The notes beneath the pieces are model-generated. The model ran no database searches and was not told the origin of the DNA. It saw only the letters and a list, made by a program, of their open reading frames with translations. The position numbers and the translations under genes are program-made. A DNA stretch of 64,000 bases from the human T2T-CHM13v2.0 reference genome, Homo sapiens, in assembly GCF_009914755.1 (NCBI RefSeq), contig NC_060936.1. One strand, 5' to 3'. This document shows, one piece after another, positions 48,155 through 62,253 of this stretch. The first letter of the stretch is position 1, and each line of letters begins with the position of its first letter.

Positions 48155-51100
48155 TTAGGCTGGAATCTCTAGGCAAGCAGTGGTATTTGCGTGTTTTGTT
48201 CACTGCTGCACCACCAGTGCCAAGAACAGTGCCCAGCACACAGCAGTTGCTCTTACAATAATTGTTGAACAAATAATTGAATGAATCTGTCAAACAAAGC
48301 TAGTGATACCTCCCTCGCAGGGGTGTAGGGAGTATGTGATGAGGCAAGGCATAGAAAGTGCTTAGTTTAGTGCCTGGCCCATTGTGAGCATATGATTAAT
48401 GGTACCTGCTATTGTTGTGATTGTTATTCTCTTTGGAGGTGGCACCACTTGGTTCCATTATTTAAAAAAAAATGTCAACATATTCAGATGTCCTCAGAAA
48501 AAGGTGCTTTGCTGACAGTTGCTTTAAGCAAGGGAGAAAACTGTGCCCGCTGATGTGCAGAGAACAATATAAGGAGGAGGGCACATTTTGTCACTTCCAG
48601 CCCTTGGGGCTGGACTACCTTTGCCCCAAGTCCTAGTGAGTTTAGGAAACTTCTTGAAGTGCACAAGGAAAGGAGCAGAGCTTCAGATTTGGTCCGAAGT
48701 TCTGTGCAGTTTGAGGGGAGGCTGTTGCCATGAGGGAAACCAGAGAGTGCAGTAATTCAAGACCCATTGCACTTTGTAGAAGAGTCCCAGGGATTTTGAC
48801 TTGCTGTTCAGCCAATCATCAGTCTGAGTAATTGAGCTCTGATGACCTCAAGGTCTCCCTTGGTATTCCCAGAGACACGGTTCTGTCTCCTGTCTCCTGA
48901 AAGCCATCAGCTTCTGTGCAGAGGGACCACGTGGCAACAGTGGGAGGGGAGATTGGGTTTTATTGCTAGGAGAGTCAGTTCCTCTGATGAACAGAACCAG
49001 TGCTTGATGGTGTTACCACACCGCTTACCCACACAATACCACACGCCAATGTGACATTATAGTGCAACTCAACAACAGTCCTGAACAAACACAGTATTGC
49101 ATCTCAACATGTCTTCTGAAATAATACTACAGCCTACGTGGCACCAGAGATCAAAATAATACTATGGCAATACAAAATTACATGCCAATATTCTACTCAA
49201 ATTTTGACCATAAATTCAACAACATCTTCAATACAGCACGGCTCAATGCAATGCACCATGCAGAAGCAATGTTCTTAAGAAATCACTCTTCAACCCAGTA
49301 TGGCTCCTCCAGACAACTGTGGCGCAACACATCCCAAGCCAATCTAACGCTGATTCAGCAATGCCTAACTAGCCCAAATAAGTGGAAAGAGAATACCAAA
49401 TAGCACCATTGCTTTGGAAAACCCAGTTTCTCTCTTAACCAAACTTTGAGGTTGTGTATGACTGGGGCTTTCCCAACATCCGTCCCATTGGATTTGCCAA
49501 CATGCAATATTTCCTTTGACCTTGACTGCTGTCTCCCTTCTCTCCTGTTCCCTTGGCCACCATTAGGCTCAGCTAACTGTGGTCGGGGATGTTGATGCCA
49601 ATTTGGGTCTTGGGGATGGCTCCAATGGAGAGATGGGGGGGAAGATGCCAGGCCTGGAGAGTGCCGTGGACTGAGTTCTCAGCATCCCTGGAAAGGGGGC
49701 TGTGCACTGGCAGTTCTGTGTGGTCTGCTTGTCCATCCAAGACAAACCTCAAACCCAACACTTGATTTGGCAGATGGGAAAAAATGGAACAAAGTTTGCT
49801 CCCTTTTTCAAGAAATGGACCCAGGGATCCCAGGCTATGCTCCACTCTTGGTCTTTTTCCTTTTTAAACAAACCGCCTGGCTTTTAAGATCTTCAAAATC
49901 CCATTAAAGGCTTTTACCCCTTCATATATTGGAGGCGTTTGATGAAAGGGGGTAAAGGGGAGGGAAAAGATAATGGGGCCTCAGAGAACAGAGACCAGAG
50001 GCCTTAATTTCGCCTGTCTCCCCTGCCGGTAATGGTGTTGGATGTAAACACTCCTCTGGTGAGCACTGGAGCCTGATTACAGGATGGCTGGGGAAAGAGG
50101 AAGTGTTTGCAAACCGCAAGGAGGAATGTCGCCCTTTGAAGGAGTTTGGCATTTATTTTTTGCCTCCTCCACTGTCCCCCCACAACCCCAACCCTACTAC
50201 TTTTCTCCACTGCTTTCTTCTCTGGGTTCCTTGTACTGTAAACACAGTGACAGAAATTAGATGTGGGCAAATCTGTTAAACATTTTAAGTTGAAGTGGGG
50301 TTGGCAGTTGTCTTACTCCGTGGGATATGCGAGACGAAGCTAATAACTTCGTAATGGGCCTTTTGTTTTTGTCTGGGGACTGGTGGGAGGGAAGCAGAGA
50401 GCAGGAGCCAGGGGTGAGGAGGGGGATGCGGGATGGAAAGTCGGGCCAGGCTGCTATTATGGAACGAGCCCAAGCTTCCAATGTTGGGGACCAAGTGAGC
50501 TGGACAGGGCCTTGACCCCAATGTGTTCAAAGGGCAGCCAATGACTGTCCCCCGTCAGCACGCCACTTGCCTCTCATTCATCAGGGCACATGCTCTCTGT
50601 TCTCCTAGTCACAAAGCACCTCTTCTTGACAGCTTCATGCTGCAAACTTCTATTGCCACCTTCTCATTTGTTCCATCTGTGAAATTCCCAGTGATGTCAA
50701 TGAGGTTCCATATGCAAAACACGTGCAATCTGTGGGACCCAGAGCGAGGCCAGGGAGCAAAGCGTTGGCTGTGTGGGTTTTATGCCTAGATGTCTTGCTG
50801 TCTGGAAACCTCTGCCTGGGATCAAGTTCCTGTTCTTAATTCTGGTCAGATGGCTGGAGTAGGAGCTTGGAAACCCACAACTGGAAATTCCATCGAATGA
50901 TCATGTAATTAATTCAACTAATATGTATTGAGGGCATACTATGCAGCAAAGGGGGGCTTGATGTTGGGGATTTGAGGGTGGGTAAGACAAGCTTGGCCTT
51001 TGCTTTCATGAGGAGCTTAGTCTAGTGTGCTGTCAATTAAATATATAATTTCACAAATGATTATTGAATTGCAACAGGAGCTGCAGGAAAGAGGAGACAT

Positions 51101-52186
51101 ATAGCATAAAATGGCATGCCTAGTTTAGTCTAGCTTGTAGGAGGAGGTGGGTGCAGGAGTCCATTTTTTATCTTCAGTAGGATGACAGTTTAACCCAGGA
51201 ATTTTCAACCTAGGGCCTAAGGACACTTGGTTCTTAGGCGGTCCATAAACTCCAATGTATCCACTGTCTTCCAAGCTATCCAGAGTAGATGTCTGTCTCC
51301 TGGCCTTTCCTGGAATTTTCCAAGGTTGAAAATATTATTACATCCCTTAAACAAATCTATTTTGATGTTCTAACCCTCCTGGCTATGTGCCAACCTGATG
51401 CTTTTGGGTGCTTTATTAGTTATAATTGCAATTGACAAGACTGGGGACATTTATTTGATGCCTACTTTAGGCCAGTGCTACGCTGGCTTGGCAAGAATGT
51501 TGCCATACATGATTTGATTTCTTTCTCACAGAAGAGGTTAATGGAGAAACTAAAGCTTAGACAGATTGAATCAATTCTTCAGCTACTAAAGATTACACAG
51601 CTACTAAATGACAGAACCAGGATTCCAACCCAAGACTTCAATATCTTAATCTATTACTCTTCCCCAGTAATACCTTTCCATTCATAGCCTTTTTAGTCTG
51701 TTGATGCCTGACTTTTACATTAGATGATAAATTTCCTAAGGGCAAGGAATGTGCCCTTTAGCTCTTTGTTATCAGTATCCTCAAATATATACACGGAATT
51801 TGCTATGTGGATGGTTCTGTGCTATGACTAGGGAAACTTAATACTTCTTTATTTCTGTTTATTAACATTTCATTCATTGTGGGTGATATATTTTTAATCC
51901 ATATGTGTCGAGCCGTTGTCCTTCCCAAATTTAATGTCTAGGCTGCCTTTTATTTCTTCTCAGGACTAACACATTTTTGACCAACTCTCTGCTCTGTACA
52001 TTCTTCTGGATGCCCCAGTTACCGTTTGCACAAAACTAGACAAAGTGATTCAGAAAAAGCTGTTGTAGAACTTCTCAAAGAGACCAAATCAAAAGGAGAT
52101 CTGTTCAGGTGTTAGCAGAGTTGGAAGGAAAGCTGCTCCTGGGCTCATGGGGTGTCTCCAGCTTGGTCCAGTCACCTGGGAGAGAT

Positions 52187-52682
52187 ATGGCAGATTGAAG
52201 ACTGTCACGAATTCTCTATTCTTCCTCATTCTGAGAGGTGGAGTCTAATTTTCTTCTTCTTGAACCTGTCTGGCTCTAGCAACTTGCTCAGCCAGTAGAA
52301 TGTGGTGGGAGTGCTATTCTAGAACTTTCAAGCCTAGGTCATAAGAACTTTTCAGCTTCTCCCTGGGCCCCTTGGAACACTTGTTCTGGGAATCAGCAGC
52401 CATGCTGGGAAGAAGTCCAAGCAACCTCATGACAAAGTCCACATGGAGGGGAATCAAGGTCCCAGGCTGACATGACAGTTTTGCCATGTGAATGAGCCGT
52501 CTTGTAAATGAATACTCTATCCTCACTGGAACTATTCCATCTGACACTGCATGGAACAGAATATGCCATCTCTGCTGATCCCTGCTAAATTACAAATTTG
52601 TGAGCAAAATGAATGACTGTCGTTATCTTAAGTTCCTAAGTTTTTAGGGTGGTTCTTCACACAGCAAAAGATAACTGTAACA
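52187..52682 (+). mobile_element. MLT1 (G/H-like) MaLR LTR
   Basis: gaggtggagtcta, agcctaggtcataagaa, cagcaaaagataactgtaaca end. Confidence 0.8.
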
Positions 52683-52929
52683 GAAATCTCTTCTCCTACA
52701 AGACTGGCCATCTGTCTTATTGATGCAGATAGGAGCAGAGAAACTTGGGCTTCTCTAGGCTAACATCAGTTATTTCAAAATCCATTTGCTGAGCATTGCT
52801 TTGAAACCATGGTTTTATCCTTAGAAGCTTTCTTTGGGGGGTGGTGAGGAATTGAGGTGAAAGGTTGGGCAGAGCTACAGATCCCATTCCTTCTTCTACT
52901 TTAACTCTTTTGTATACTGGGATCCTAAT

Positions 52930-53190
52930 TATAGCTAATGTCAGTCATTCATAAAATGCTTCTTACATGAAATACACTATCCTAAGCACTTTCCATAAAT
53001 TATTTATTCCTCATAACAACACTTGAATTAGGTACTGTTATTGTTCCCATTTCATGGAAGAGAAAATTGAAGCCCAGAGAGAATAAATAACTTCCCTAAA
53101 GCCACATAGCTAGTGTGGCAGAACGCAGACTCAAACTCAGGATATCTGGCTCCAGAATTGATGCTCAGAACAATTCTCTATATTGTTTTA
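52930..53190 (-). mobile_element. MIR
   Basis: cccatttcatggaagagaaaattgaagcccagaga core. Confidence 0.8.
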
Positions 53191-54799
53191 CATAAATTTA
53201 AATTAGAACACAAAGGCTTTATGCTGAAAGAAATGCCAAAAAGTACTGTGTTTAGCATTTACTAAGTATTTTCCATGGCTTATCATGATGCTAGACTCAG
53301 GGGATTTAGAGATGAATCGATAATAATTACAGTTAAGCATTGTGTTAAATGGCTTGCTAAACTACATTATCTCATTTAATTTTAACAGAAATCATGTTAT
53401 TACTCTTATCCCCATTTAACAGATGAGAAAATTAAGGCTCAGAGAAATTAAGGAGTTTGCTTGAGGCCATATGGGTGGTCTGACCACAAAGTCTCTTCCT
53501 AACTGCGTTGTGCTTGGTCGACGCCCTCTGGTTTTTCAGAATCTGGTTGGGGAGATGGACTAATGAACAGATGAAATATGAAGATACAAATGCTTTAAAG
53601 TAGGGATGTTATAAGGTGCTGGGGTGGGAGGGCATGAAGGAGAAAGGACCTAATTTTGCCCAGGGAAGAAGAGAAAGGATTGTTTTCAGAGGTGCTGACA
53701 GCTCAGGGATAAACAGTTAGACTTTGCCAGTCACACAAAGGAGATAGAGGTCATTCCAGGTGGAGTTGGGTGGGGAGAGGGTACAGGAAGTGTAAAGGTG
53801 AAAAAGCTAGAAGAAATGATACATGAAGGAAGCAAGCAGCACACATCTGCATTGCAGTGGACATCAGCAGACAAGGGTGCCGGAGAAACTGGCAGAGCAG
53901 CCTACAACGAAGCGTTGTTCTCTACCAAGTGCTTTGAACTCATCTCCGACAATGGCCATGCTTTCAAGATGGTTGACACTGACTCAAAAATGAGGGGCAT
54001 CCACATAAACCTGTCCTTGCCGTTTTGGCTCCAGCTCCTACCTACTGTTTAAAAGCAGCATTTGCGGAAAGCAGAGGTCTCTGCAATTCATATAAGCCTG
54101 TCTCGTTCCCCAAGAACACATCATTTATTTCCTATAAGTGCCTGTCTTCCTCTTCTTCAAATATGGTCAGGGTTACAACTTTCTCTGCTTCCTGGGGGAG
54201 TTGCCCACTCTACACAGTAATTACTCACTCCATAAAGGCTGTCTCCAAACTCTCCTTCTCGGCCCTTTTTTCCCTGATCCTTTGCAACTGACCAGTTAAA
54301 GGGTGAGCACACTGCCGCTCTACTTGGCAAAAGACAGTCGCCATTTTGGATCTCATCTGAAAATGGTTGTCCCTGGGGAAAGCATCCTTTTCTCTGCTCC
54401 CTCGTTTTCTTAGTTTGAAGTCAGTGTAATTTATTTTGTGCCTTTCTTCCTCTTTTCTACACATCCAACCAGAAAAATGGAGATTTATCTATTTATAATA
54501 TAATTATAAAGTTGATCTCATGCCCAAGTCATGCGACGTCCACATGGATTAGGGGTGGTGAATACAAGCTTCTAAGTCATAAGCACAACTACAAATACAA
54601 CTTTATTTAACCTCTTTGAGTGTCATTCTTCTCATCTGAAATGAAGTCATACATCCTGTTCAAATCGTCTTTATCACATCCAGCAAGGCAGATGGGACAG
54701 AGATACAGAAACATTTTACACACACTATAAAGTGCCAATAGCCATAATATCAGCAGTAGCTAAGTTAGTAATAATAATGGTTTTTGAAAATGTGGAAGA

Positions 54800-55040
54800 A
54801 TGCTTTAATAAAAGCTGGACTTCATCGGTTTGGAATTCCACTTCCTCTCTTTAAGAGCTGTGTGACCTTGGGCAAGTTGTTTAGCCTTTCTGTGCCTCAG
54901 TTTCCTCCACTGTAAAAAGATGTTAATGTCTTCCTCAAAGAGTTGTCAGAAGAATTAAATCAATGAACACAAAAGTACTTAGAATAGTGCCTGGCACATC
55001 ATAAGCACTATACAAATGTTTGTTATTGTTATTGTTATTA
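54800..55040 (+). mobile_element. MIR
   Basis: agctgtgtgaccttgggcaagtt ... gcctcagtttcc. Confidence 0.85.
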
Positions 55041-55229
55041 TTCTTTACAACTTGTTTCTACGTTTGCAGGTGGAAATTTTAACTTCTTTGGATAAAAATG
55101 ACTCTCCAGTTTCAGACCCTCATATTCTGTAATTTATTCTAGTTAATTATAAAAACTAGTAACATGAATAATTGAGTAATAAGTGGACCCCTCATTCCTC
55201 AGAAAAGACAGTTATTTGCAAAAAGGAAG

Positions 55230-55620
55230 TTTTGGATGCAGGCCGTAATTTTAGGCATCTTAGCAATCAAAGCCCTAAACACACTGGGCTGTTTCAGGTT
55301 CTTTGTTGTACAACACTACGGCTTTAGGGCAGTGGAATTAGAAAACGGTCCACTCTAACACAGCTCAATTATTTGTCCGCAGTAGGCGGTTGATAAATAC
55401 TTTTATTAAGACATTTATTATGAGAAGTCTTTGTATGGTTTTCGTACTTACCTTGTTAGTGATTGCTCTGATAAAGGTGTCTGATAAGGTCCAGGCTTGG
55501 CCTCATCATGAACCAAAATTAACACTCTGGGAACTCTGGCTTTCTGCCCCTCTCCCGGCTCGGCTATGCTATGCATGACTGTCACCTATTACTCACCCAA
55601 AGGATGGTAAAACTTTTAAA
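55230..55620. promoter_or_regulatory. Candidate enhancer with GATA / T-box-like / GATA composite
   Basis: tgataa at 55391, 55469, 55482; aggtgt 55475-55480; no repeat recognised. Confidence 0.35.
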
Positions 55621-56213
55621 ATCCACTCCCCCAAAAACCTCCTCACAATGAAAATGTATGAAAGAGATTAAGGCACGGAATGAAAACTATTTTTATAGGC
55701 AGTTTGGCCTGAGCTTTGAAGTTCAATAGGGAGTGATGTATTGCTATCAGCTTGGATTTCACACCTATTCAATTCTGTAGCCAGGTAATGATGAACAACC
55801 TCCTTAGGGTATAGAAGAATGAAACAAAATTAAGGCAAGCTGTGAAACGGCCCCCTTGCTCCAATTTCATCTCCGGGATAGATTGGAAGTTGCCGGAGTG
55901 TGTTTATACATTTTTCCCCTTTAAATTAGAAAGGTGGGGTGACGATACTGAAAATATTTTGCAAAAAGAAAAAATTATCGCTTATTATCCTAACACCCAA
56001 AGACAAAACAAAATTTTTATTTTAGAGTGTTACTGGTCAGTTCTGGTTCCTATGCAGAGGTACGATTACAGAGTTGCATGCGGAATTGACTTTAAAAGCA
56101 TTTCATTCTTCACTAAGCATTTGATCATCCTTTGTGCTTCATTTTTCCCAAGTGAAAAAACAAACATAAAGTTATCATCTTGTTTGGAAAGTGAGCATTG
56201 CTGCATCATGTTT

Positions 56214-56377
56214 CTTTATTTTTTATTTTGATTTATTTTACTTTAAGTTCTGGGTTACATGTGCAGAACATGCAGGTTTGTTACATAGGTATACATGTGC
56301 CATGGTGGTTTGCTGCACCTATCAACCTGTCATCTAGGTTTTAAGCCCCGCATGCATTAGGTATTTGTCCTAATGCT
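56214..56377 (-). mobile_element. Short L1PA8-like 3' end
   Basis: ttttaagccccgcatgcattagg; 15-bp TSD tgctgcatcatgttt at 56199-56213 and 56374-56388. Confidence 0.9.
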
Positions 56378-56719
56378 GCATCATGTTTATTACCAAGCAT
56401 CTTCTTTCGTACAGAGCTTTATTTTTTCGTCCTTGGAGGTTTTCAAATTGAGTGAGCAGCATGTTGCATTTCTGGAACAAATGGCCTTCATTTAGAGTCT
56501 TTGCCCATATGGAAAACCATTGTGTCCAAGATTGGAAGTGAAATTATTCATTGGCCTTCAGATTCTTACAGTGAGGTAAGGTCCACCCTCTCAGATCCAG
56601 CTGTGCTCGTCTCCGATCCAGTATCGATACCCAGCCTGCTCTCTGAGATCACCATGGGAACAGGGAAGCTTCTCCCAGCATCTGCACTCAATAATTACTC
56701 TGGGATCCCCTCCTCCCAC

Positions 56720-57045
56720 CCCATGTAGCCCTTGGACATGCCAAGCTTGTTCTTATTAGGACTTTTGCATCTGCTATTCCCACTGTCTGCGACCCTCTTG
56801 CCAATTTCTGCATGGCCAGCTCCTCATCACTTAGGTCTTTCTGCTCCAATGTCACCTTTTCAGAGGCCCTCTCCAACTATCCTCACACGCCACCCAGTCA
56901 TCATTCTCTGCCCCATTGCCTTATTATTTCATCCATTGCACTTGCCACTCTGAAAGTACCCTACTTATCTGTTTGTGCACATGCCCTGACACGTGTCTAC
57001 TTCTGTGTACCCACACCTGGCCCCATGTTGAGTGAATGAATGAGA
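56720..57045 (+). mobile_element. L2 3' fragment
   Basis: aatgtcaccttttcagaggcc ... tgagtgaatgaatga. Confidence 0.7.
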
Positions 57046-57794
57046 GAATAGCTCACTTAGATCCAGCCTGCTTCACTTCACCCCACCTCGTGAATGCACC
57101 TTAAGCGTTTATTCAGGCTGGGATGGGAACAGGACACTAAACCGCGGCTCCAATTATTTGCATTGTGATTTACAACTTATTAGCATTTATTTATGCAGCA
57201 CCTGTGAGGAGCATGTGGGCCCTGTCATGAGGGCTCAGCACGCACTGTGTTGTTTCATCCTCGTAACAACTTTGTATTATGAGTAAGCTGACTTTCCCCT
57301 CTTTCCGTTTTTCTGTTCCTCACATACCAACTCAGTCACTCACAGTTTCAATGGCCTGGCTATTTGCCTTCTCCTGAGCTAAGCCCTCCAGCCTGGACTT
57401 CGCCTTTCTGCTTTTACCCTGCCCTAGGACGGCAGGGAGATTTACTGGACCGGTCCACAAAGGCAGCAGAGAGGGGGAATCTTATAGAAATTCAATGTCA
57501 TTCAGTAAAGCATTTCTTGAAATCTACTACACGAAGGGATGCCGTGATAGAGAAAGCTATGCCTGATCCCTTCTGAAGCCTGTAAAATATTATCTCCCTC
57601 CCTCCCTTTGTCCTTCTCTCCCTCCTCTCTGTCTCTCGCTCACCTCTTCCTTCACACCACATCATCGGTGGGAGAAGCAAGATACAGGCAATGGTTGCTC
57701 AGCAGGAAGTTCAGGAGACTGCGGGCTCCTCTGGGAACCTCTTGTGCTCCGTGGATCCTGGGAACTGCTCATCCACATGGTTCAAATGAAATGA

Positions 57795-58930
57795 GGTGTG
57801 TGTGAGTGTGAGTGTGTATGTGTGTGACAGTGTGTGAGTGTGAGAAAGTGTGTGAGACTGTGTGTGCATGTGTGTGAGGCTATGTGTGAGTGTATGAAAA
57901 TGTGTGGAAGAGTGATGAGAATGTGTGAGTGTGAGAATGTGAGTGTGTGAGTGGAGAGCATGAGAATGTGACAGTGTGAGTGTGTGTGTGCATATATGAG
58001 TGTGAAAGTGTGTGAGAGTGTGAGGGACTTGTGCATGTGCATGAGGCTGTGTGTATGAAAGTGTGTAGGAGAATGCGAACAAGTGAGAATGTGTGTATGA
58101 GAATGTGAGCGTGTGTTTGAGTGTATGGAGACTGTGAGAATGTGACTGTGCAAGTGTGTGCATACGTGTGTGAAAGTGTGTGAGTGTGTGGAAATGTGTG
58201 TGCATGCGTGTGTGTGAAAGTGTGAGAGTGCATGGGAATGTGTGAGTGTGTGAGAGTGTGTGTGTACATGTGTGTAAAGCATGTCTGATTGTGTGGGAGT
58301 GTGTGTGCATACATGTTTGTGAAAGGGTGTATGTGTGTGGGAACGTGTGACAGTATGAGTGGCTGGAGAGAGAGGGCAAGTGTGTATGAATGTGAGAGTG
58401 TGACAGTGTGAGAGTGTGTGCACACTGTGTGGGGGGAATGTGTGAGTGTATGAGAGTGTAAAGGTGTGTGAGGGAGAAAGTGTGTGAAAGTATGAGTGCA
58501 TGTACATGTAAGTGTGTGAAAGTGTGCGGGGGAACATCAGTGTGTGTTAGAATCGTGTGTGATTGTGAGTGTGACAATGTGTATATGAGTCTGAGAATGT
58601 GTACGAGTGTGTATGTGAAAGTGTGTGTGAGAAAGTGTGAATGTATGCATGAGCATGTGTGAGAAACAGTGTATGAGCATGTGTGTTTGCGTGAGAAAGT
58701 GTATGTGTGTAAGCGTGTGTGAGAAAGTGTGTATGTGAGTGTGTGTGAATGTGTGCACATGTGTGAGTGTAAAAGTGTGTGTATGTGTGAGGAAGTGTGC
58801 GAGAATGTGAGTGTGTGTATAAAAGTGTGTGTGTATGTGTGTGAACATGTGTGAGAGTGTGTGAGAGCATGTGTGTTAGTGTGTGTGAGAAAGTGTGTGT
58901 ATGTGAGTGTGTGTGTGTGAACATGTGTGG
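57795..58930. repeat. ~1.1-kb degenerate TG/GA low-complexity tract
   Basis: Seen directly. Confidence 0.95.
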
Positions 58931-60629
58931 GACACAGGGGATGACTCAAATGCTGAGTCACCTTGGCTGTTGTGCCTGCCCAGCAGGTCACTCAGCTGCA
59001 TAGTGAGATGGGAGAGAAGTGGGGCCTGTTTTTCACAGTTGGTACTCAGGTGGAAAGCTCCCTGTTTAAAGTGGTCAGGAGGAGGGTGCCCAGCCCACCA
59101 TGCATCTCATGACTATTCAGAGGGAACAACATACGGAACCAGCTCCCAGGCTCCAGCATTTGTCCATTGTGAATTAAAGATTTCCGCTTCCTCCGATTTT
59201 TGACTGGCTAGAATCAGCTAGGCCACCCGCAAGTTGGTTCACTGGTGGGGCAGGAGGATTGGTACAGAATGAAGATTCCCCTCTCCCCCTTCAACTTTCC
59301 TGTCAGAAACTTTCTCCTCCCAACAGAAGTCCTTTGGAATATCCTTGTGACACCATGCTTCTTGGAGGCCCCCTCTTTGCTGATGGCTGAAGGCTCAGTC
59401 AAAACTTACTTGACTTCCTTTTAACCGCTCCCTAAGCTCTGTCCCTCATACTTATCCCTCAGCTCCCCGTTCTGAGATCTTGTCTCCCTGGTTCTGAGCT
59501 CCATCCTAAAGGCTCAAGTGAGAATCTAAGGCATTGAATTTCAGCAAGAATCTCATTTCCTTCTTGCCCCCAGTTGACTATACTCACACTATCTTCTAAA
59601 TCTTCTCCCAGTGAGAGGAAGTAAGGTAATTTTTACTTTTCATTTAACAGTTGGGGGAAATGGAAGAACACAAAGTTTATGGAACTTCCCCATGGTCCCT
59701 TCCATTTGTGAACTTCCAATTCACAAACTCAAAACCCAATTGTCTGACTTTAAAGCCTCTTTGTCCCCCTGTGGCCAATATTTGACTCTCCATATTGCCA
59801 AGAAACTAGAGGCAAGACCAGGGGTCACTGAGTACCCAGCTGCTGCACCTACTCACTTCACTCCTTCCCTCACAGAGCCTGCGACTGGGTTGGGGATGAA
59901 GCCACCAACTCATTGCCCAAGTGGTATCGCTTCATGTTTGTTTTTCCATCTGTAAAATGGGCTTAATAATAGCAGGGGTGTTGTGGGCCAGATTAATTAA
60001 TGTTTGGACAAGTTCTTTGAGATTACCTGGATGAAAGGTGTGAGGGGAGTGCCAAGGCTTATTAGTGCAGAGGCATTTGCCAGGACTAATTTAGGATTCC
60101 CCATGTTTCCCAGTTAGCAGCCTCCATAGTGATCACTTACTCAGGGAATAGTTAGAGGGCAGGCAATATCCCAACATCAGGCCTGGCTTGTGATGGCAGA
60201 GGGTATAGGTTATGGTGGCTTTTCATGAGAATATTGCCTCATCCCTCATTGGTGGTTTGTCCTTCCATGTTGAAGTCTATGGTCCCACTCATGTATGGCC
60301 TTTGACTTAAGGATATGAGTGGAAAGAGGACAACAGGATCAATAAGATGGGCTGAGGACCCACTGAATAGATACACCCCAATACAACTTTTGCCTCTGTA
60401 TAAGCAGGATAATGACCATAGGTGCCTTAGGTAGCCAAAGAACCTGGAAATCAACAGAAAAAATAAACAGCTACCTATGCATGGAAGGAATGGGTGATGA
60501 ATACATTTTACACAAGGATATCCACACAGTCGCAGAAAGACACAACCTCTATCAGACTGTAACTAAAAAAGCCAAAAAGAAATTTCTCCTCTTCATTCTG
60601 CCTCACTTTTTATTATACTGTTCAATTAT

Positions 60630-61063
60630 ACTTTTTTTTTAAATAAATGTTTCGGAACAGTTTTGGATTTACAGAAAAATCATCAAGATAGTATAGAGCT
60701 CTCACCTGTCCTACATGCAGTATCCTCTATAATTAACGTCTTACATGAGTATGGTATATTTGTCACAGTGAATGAACCAATATTGATGCATTATGATTAA
60801 CTAACACCCATACTTTATTATTCAGACGTCCTTAATGTGTCCTCAGTGTCCTTTTTCTGTTCTAGGATCTCATCCAGGATACCACACTACATTTAGTTGT
60901 CCCATCTCCTTAGGCTCCTCTTGGCTGTGGCCATTTCCCAGACTTTCTTTGTTTTTGATGACCTTGACAGCTTTGAGGAGTACTGGTCAGATATTTTGTA
61001 GGATGTCCCTCAACTGGGGTTTGTTTGATGTTTTTCTCATGATTAGACTAGGGCTAGGGGTTT
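60630..61063 (-). mobile_element. L1MC/MD-like 3' end
   Basis: aatgaaccaatattgatgcattat, atgaccttgacag ... gagtactggtcag. Confidence 0.8.
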
Positions 61064-61874
61064 TGCTAAGTCAGACAGACATGACTCTATCCTCAAGAAG
61101 CTCACAGTCTAGTGGAGAAGTTTGACATGGCCATTTTTGAATGCACAGTTTGTTAAATGGTGCTAATGTCATCCTGGGATACCCTTGCTGCTTTTAAAAG
61201 GCACACAGTACTGGAATGACCAGCCAGACCCTTGTCTCATTTCTCTATCTTGGTGCTCTCTAACAGAAACAGAGAATAATTGGTTCATCTATGAAGGGTA
61301 GCGGGTGCCTGTTGAAGAGACTATCATAGTTGACCCATATCAGAGCAGAAACAAAGCAAATTACCAAATCAATTGACTTCATATGCCCTTCAGCCTTAGT
61401 TGATGGTTTAACTCACACACCTGAAGGACCTGATTATTTTAATCAGACTTGCTATTTTTTCTGGTTTAAGTAAATTATTTTATTTTCATGCTCTCATGAA
61501 AGTCCAGTTCAGTGTGGGCATCAGTCTAGCTACTTCATTAGTCAACTCAAAGCTTTATTGGTAACATGACCGTCTGCTGGTTAAAGGTGTGCAAAACCCT
61601 TCACTGAATCAAGTTCTTGTGGGGGATTTTCCCAGGAACTGGGGAGATCAGCTTAATAAAGAAGCTGTAAGGTGTGAAAAGGCTCCACACACAATGGGTC
61701 CAGATCTTAGCTCTGTGAAGTTACTTGGCCTGCTTAAGTCTTAGTTTCTTCAGCTGTGAAACAGAAATAAAAATCCTCATTTCACAGACTCTATAAAAGG
61801 TAATACATTTGTCAGCTGCAAAGTCCTGTCGTGATGGAAAAAAAACATTATTTGAAGAATCACTAGATGGTGGG

Positions 61875-62253
61875 TGATGTGTTTTGGCTGCGTTCCCCAC
61901 CGAAAATCTCATCTTGAATTGTCATTCCCATAATCTCCACATATCAGGGGAGAGACCAAGTGAAGGTATTTAAATCATGGGGGTGGTTTCCCCTATACTG
62001 TTCTTGTGATAGTGAGTGAGTTCTCACGAGATCTGATGGTTTCATAAGTACTTGGTAGTCCCTACTGCATTCATTCTCCTTCCTGCTATCTTGTGAATAA
62101 GGCACCTTGTTTCCCCTTTGCCTTCCACCATGATTGTGAGTTTCCTGAGGCCTCCCCAGCGATGCTAAACCGTGAGTCAATTGAACCTCTTTCCTTTATA
62201 AATTACCCAGTCTTGGGCAGTTCTTTATAGCAGTGTGAAAATGAACTAATACG
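61875..62253 (+). mobile_element. THE1D-like MaLR solo LTR
   Basis: 379 bp; 5-bp TSD gtggg at 61870-61874 and 62254-62258. Confidence 0.9.

Noticed and set aside
57711-58991. 426-aa His/Thr/Leu-rich ORF and overlapping ORFs
   Set aside because: Translation of a CA-rich simple repeat that lacks stop codons; open in several frames.
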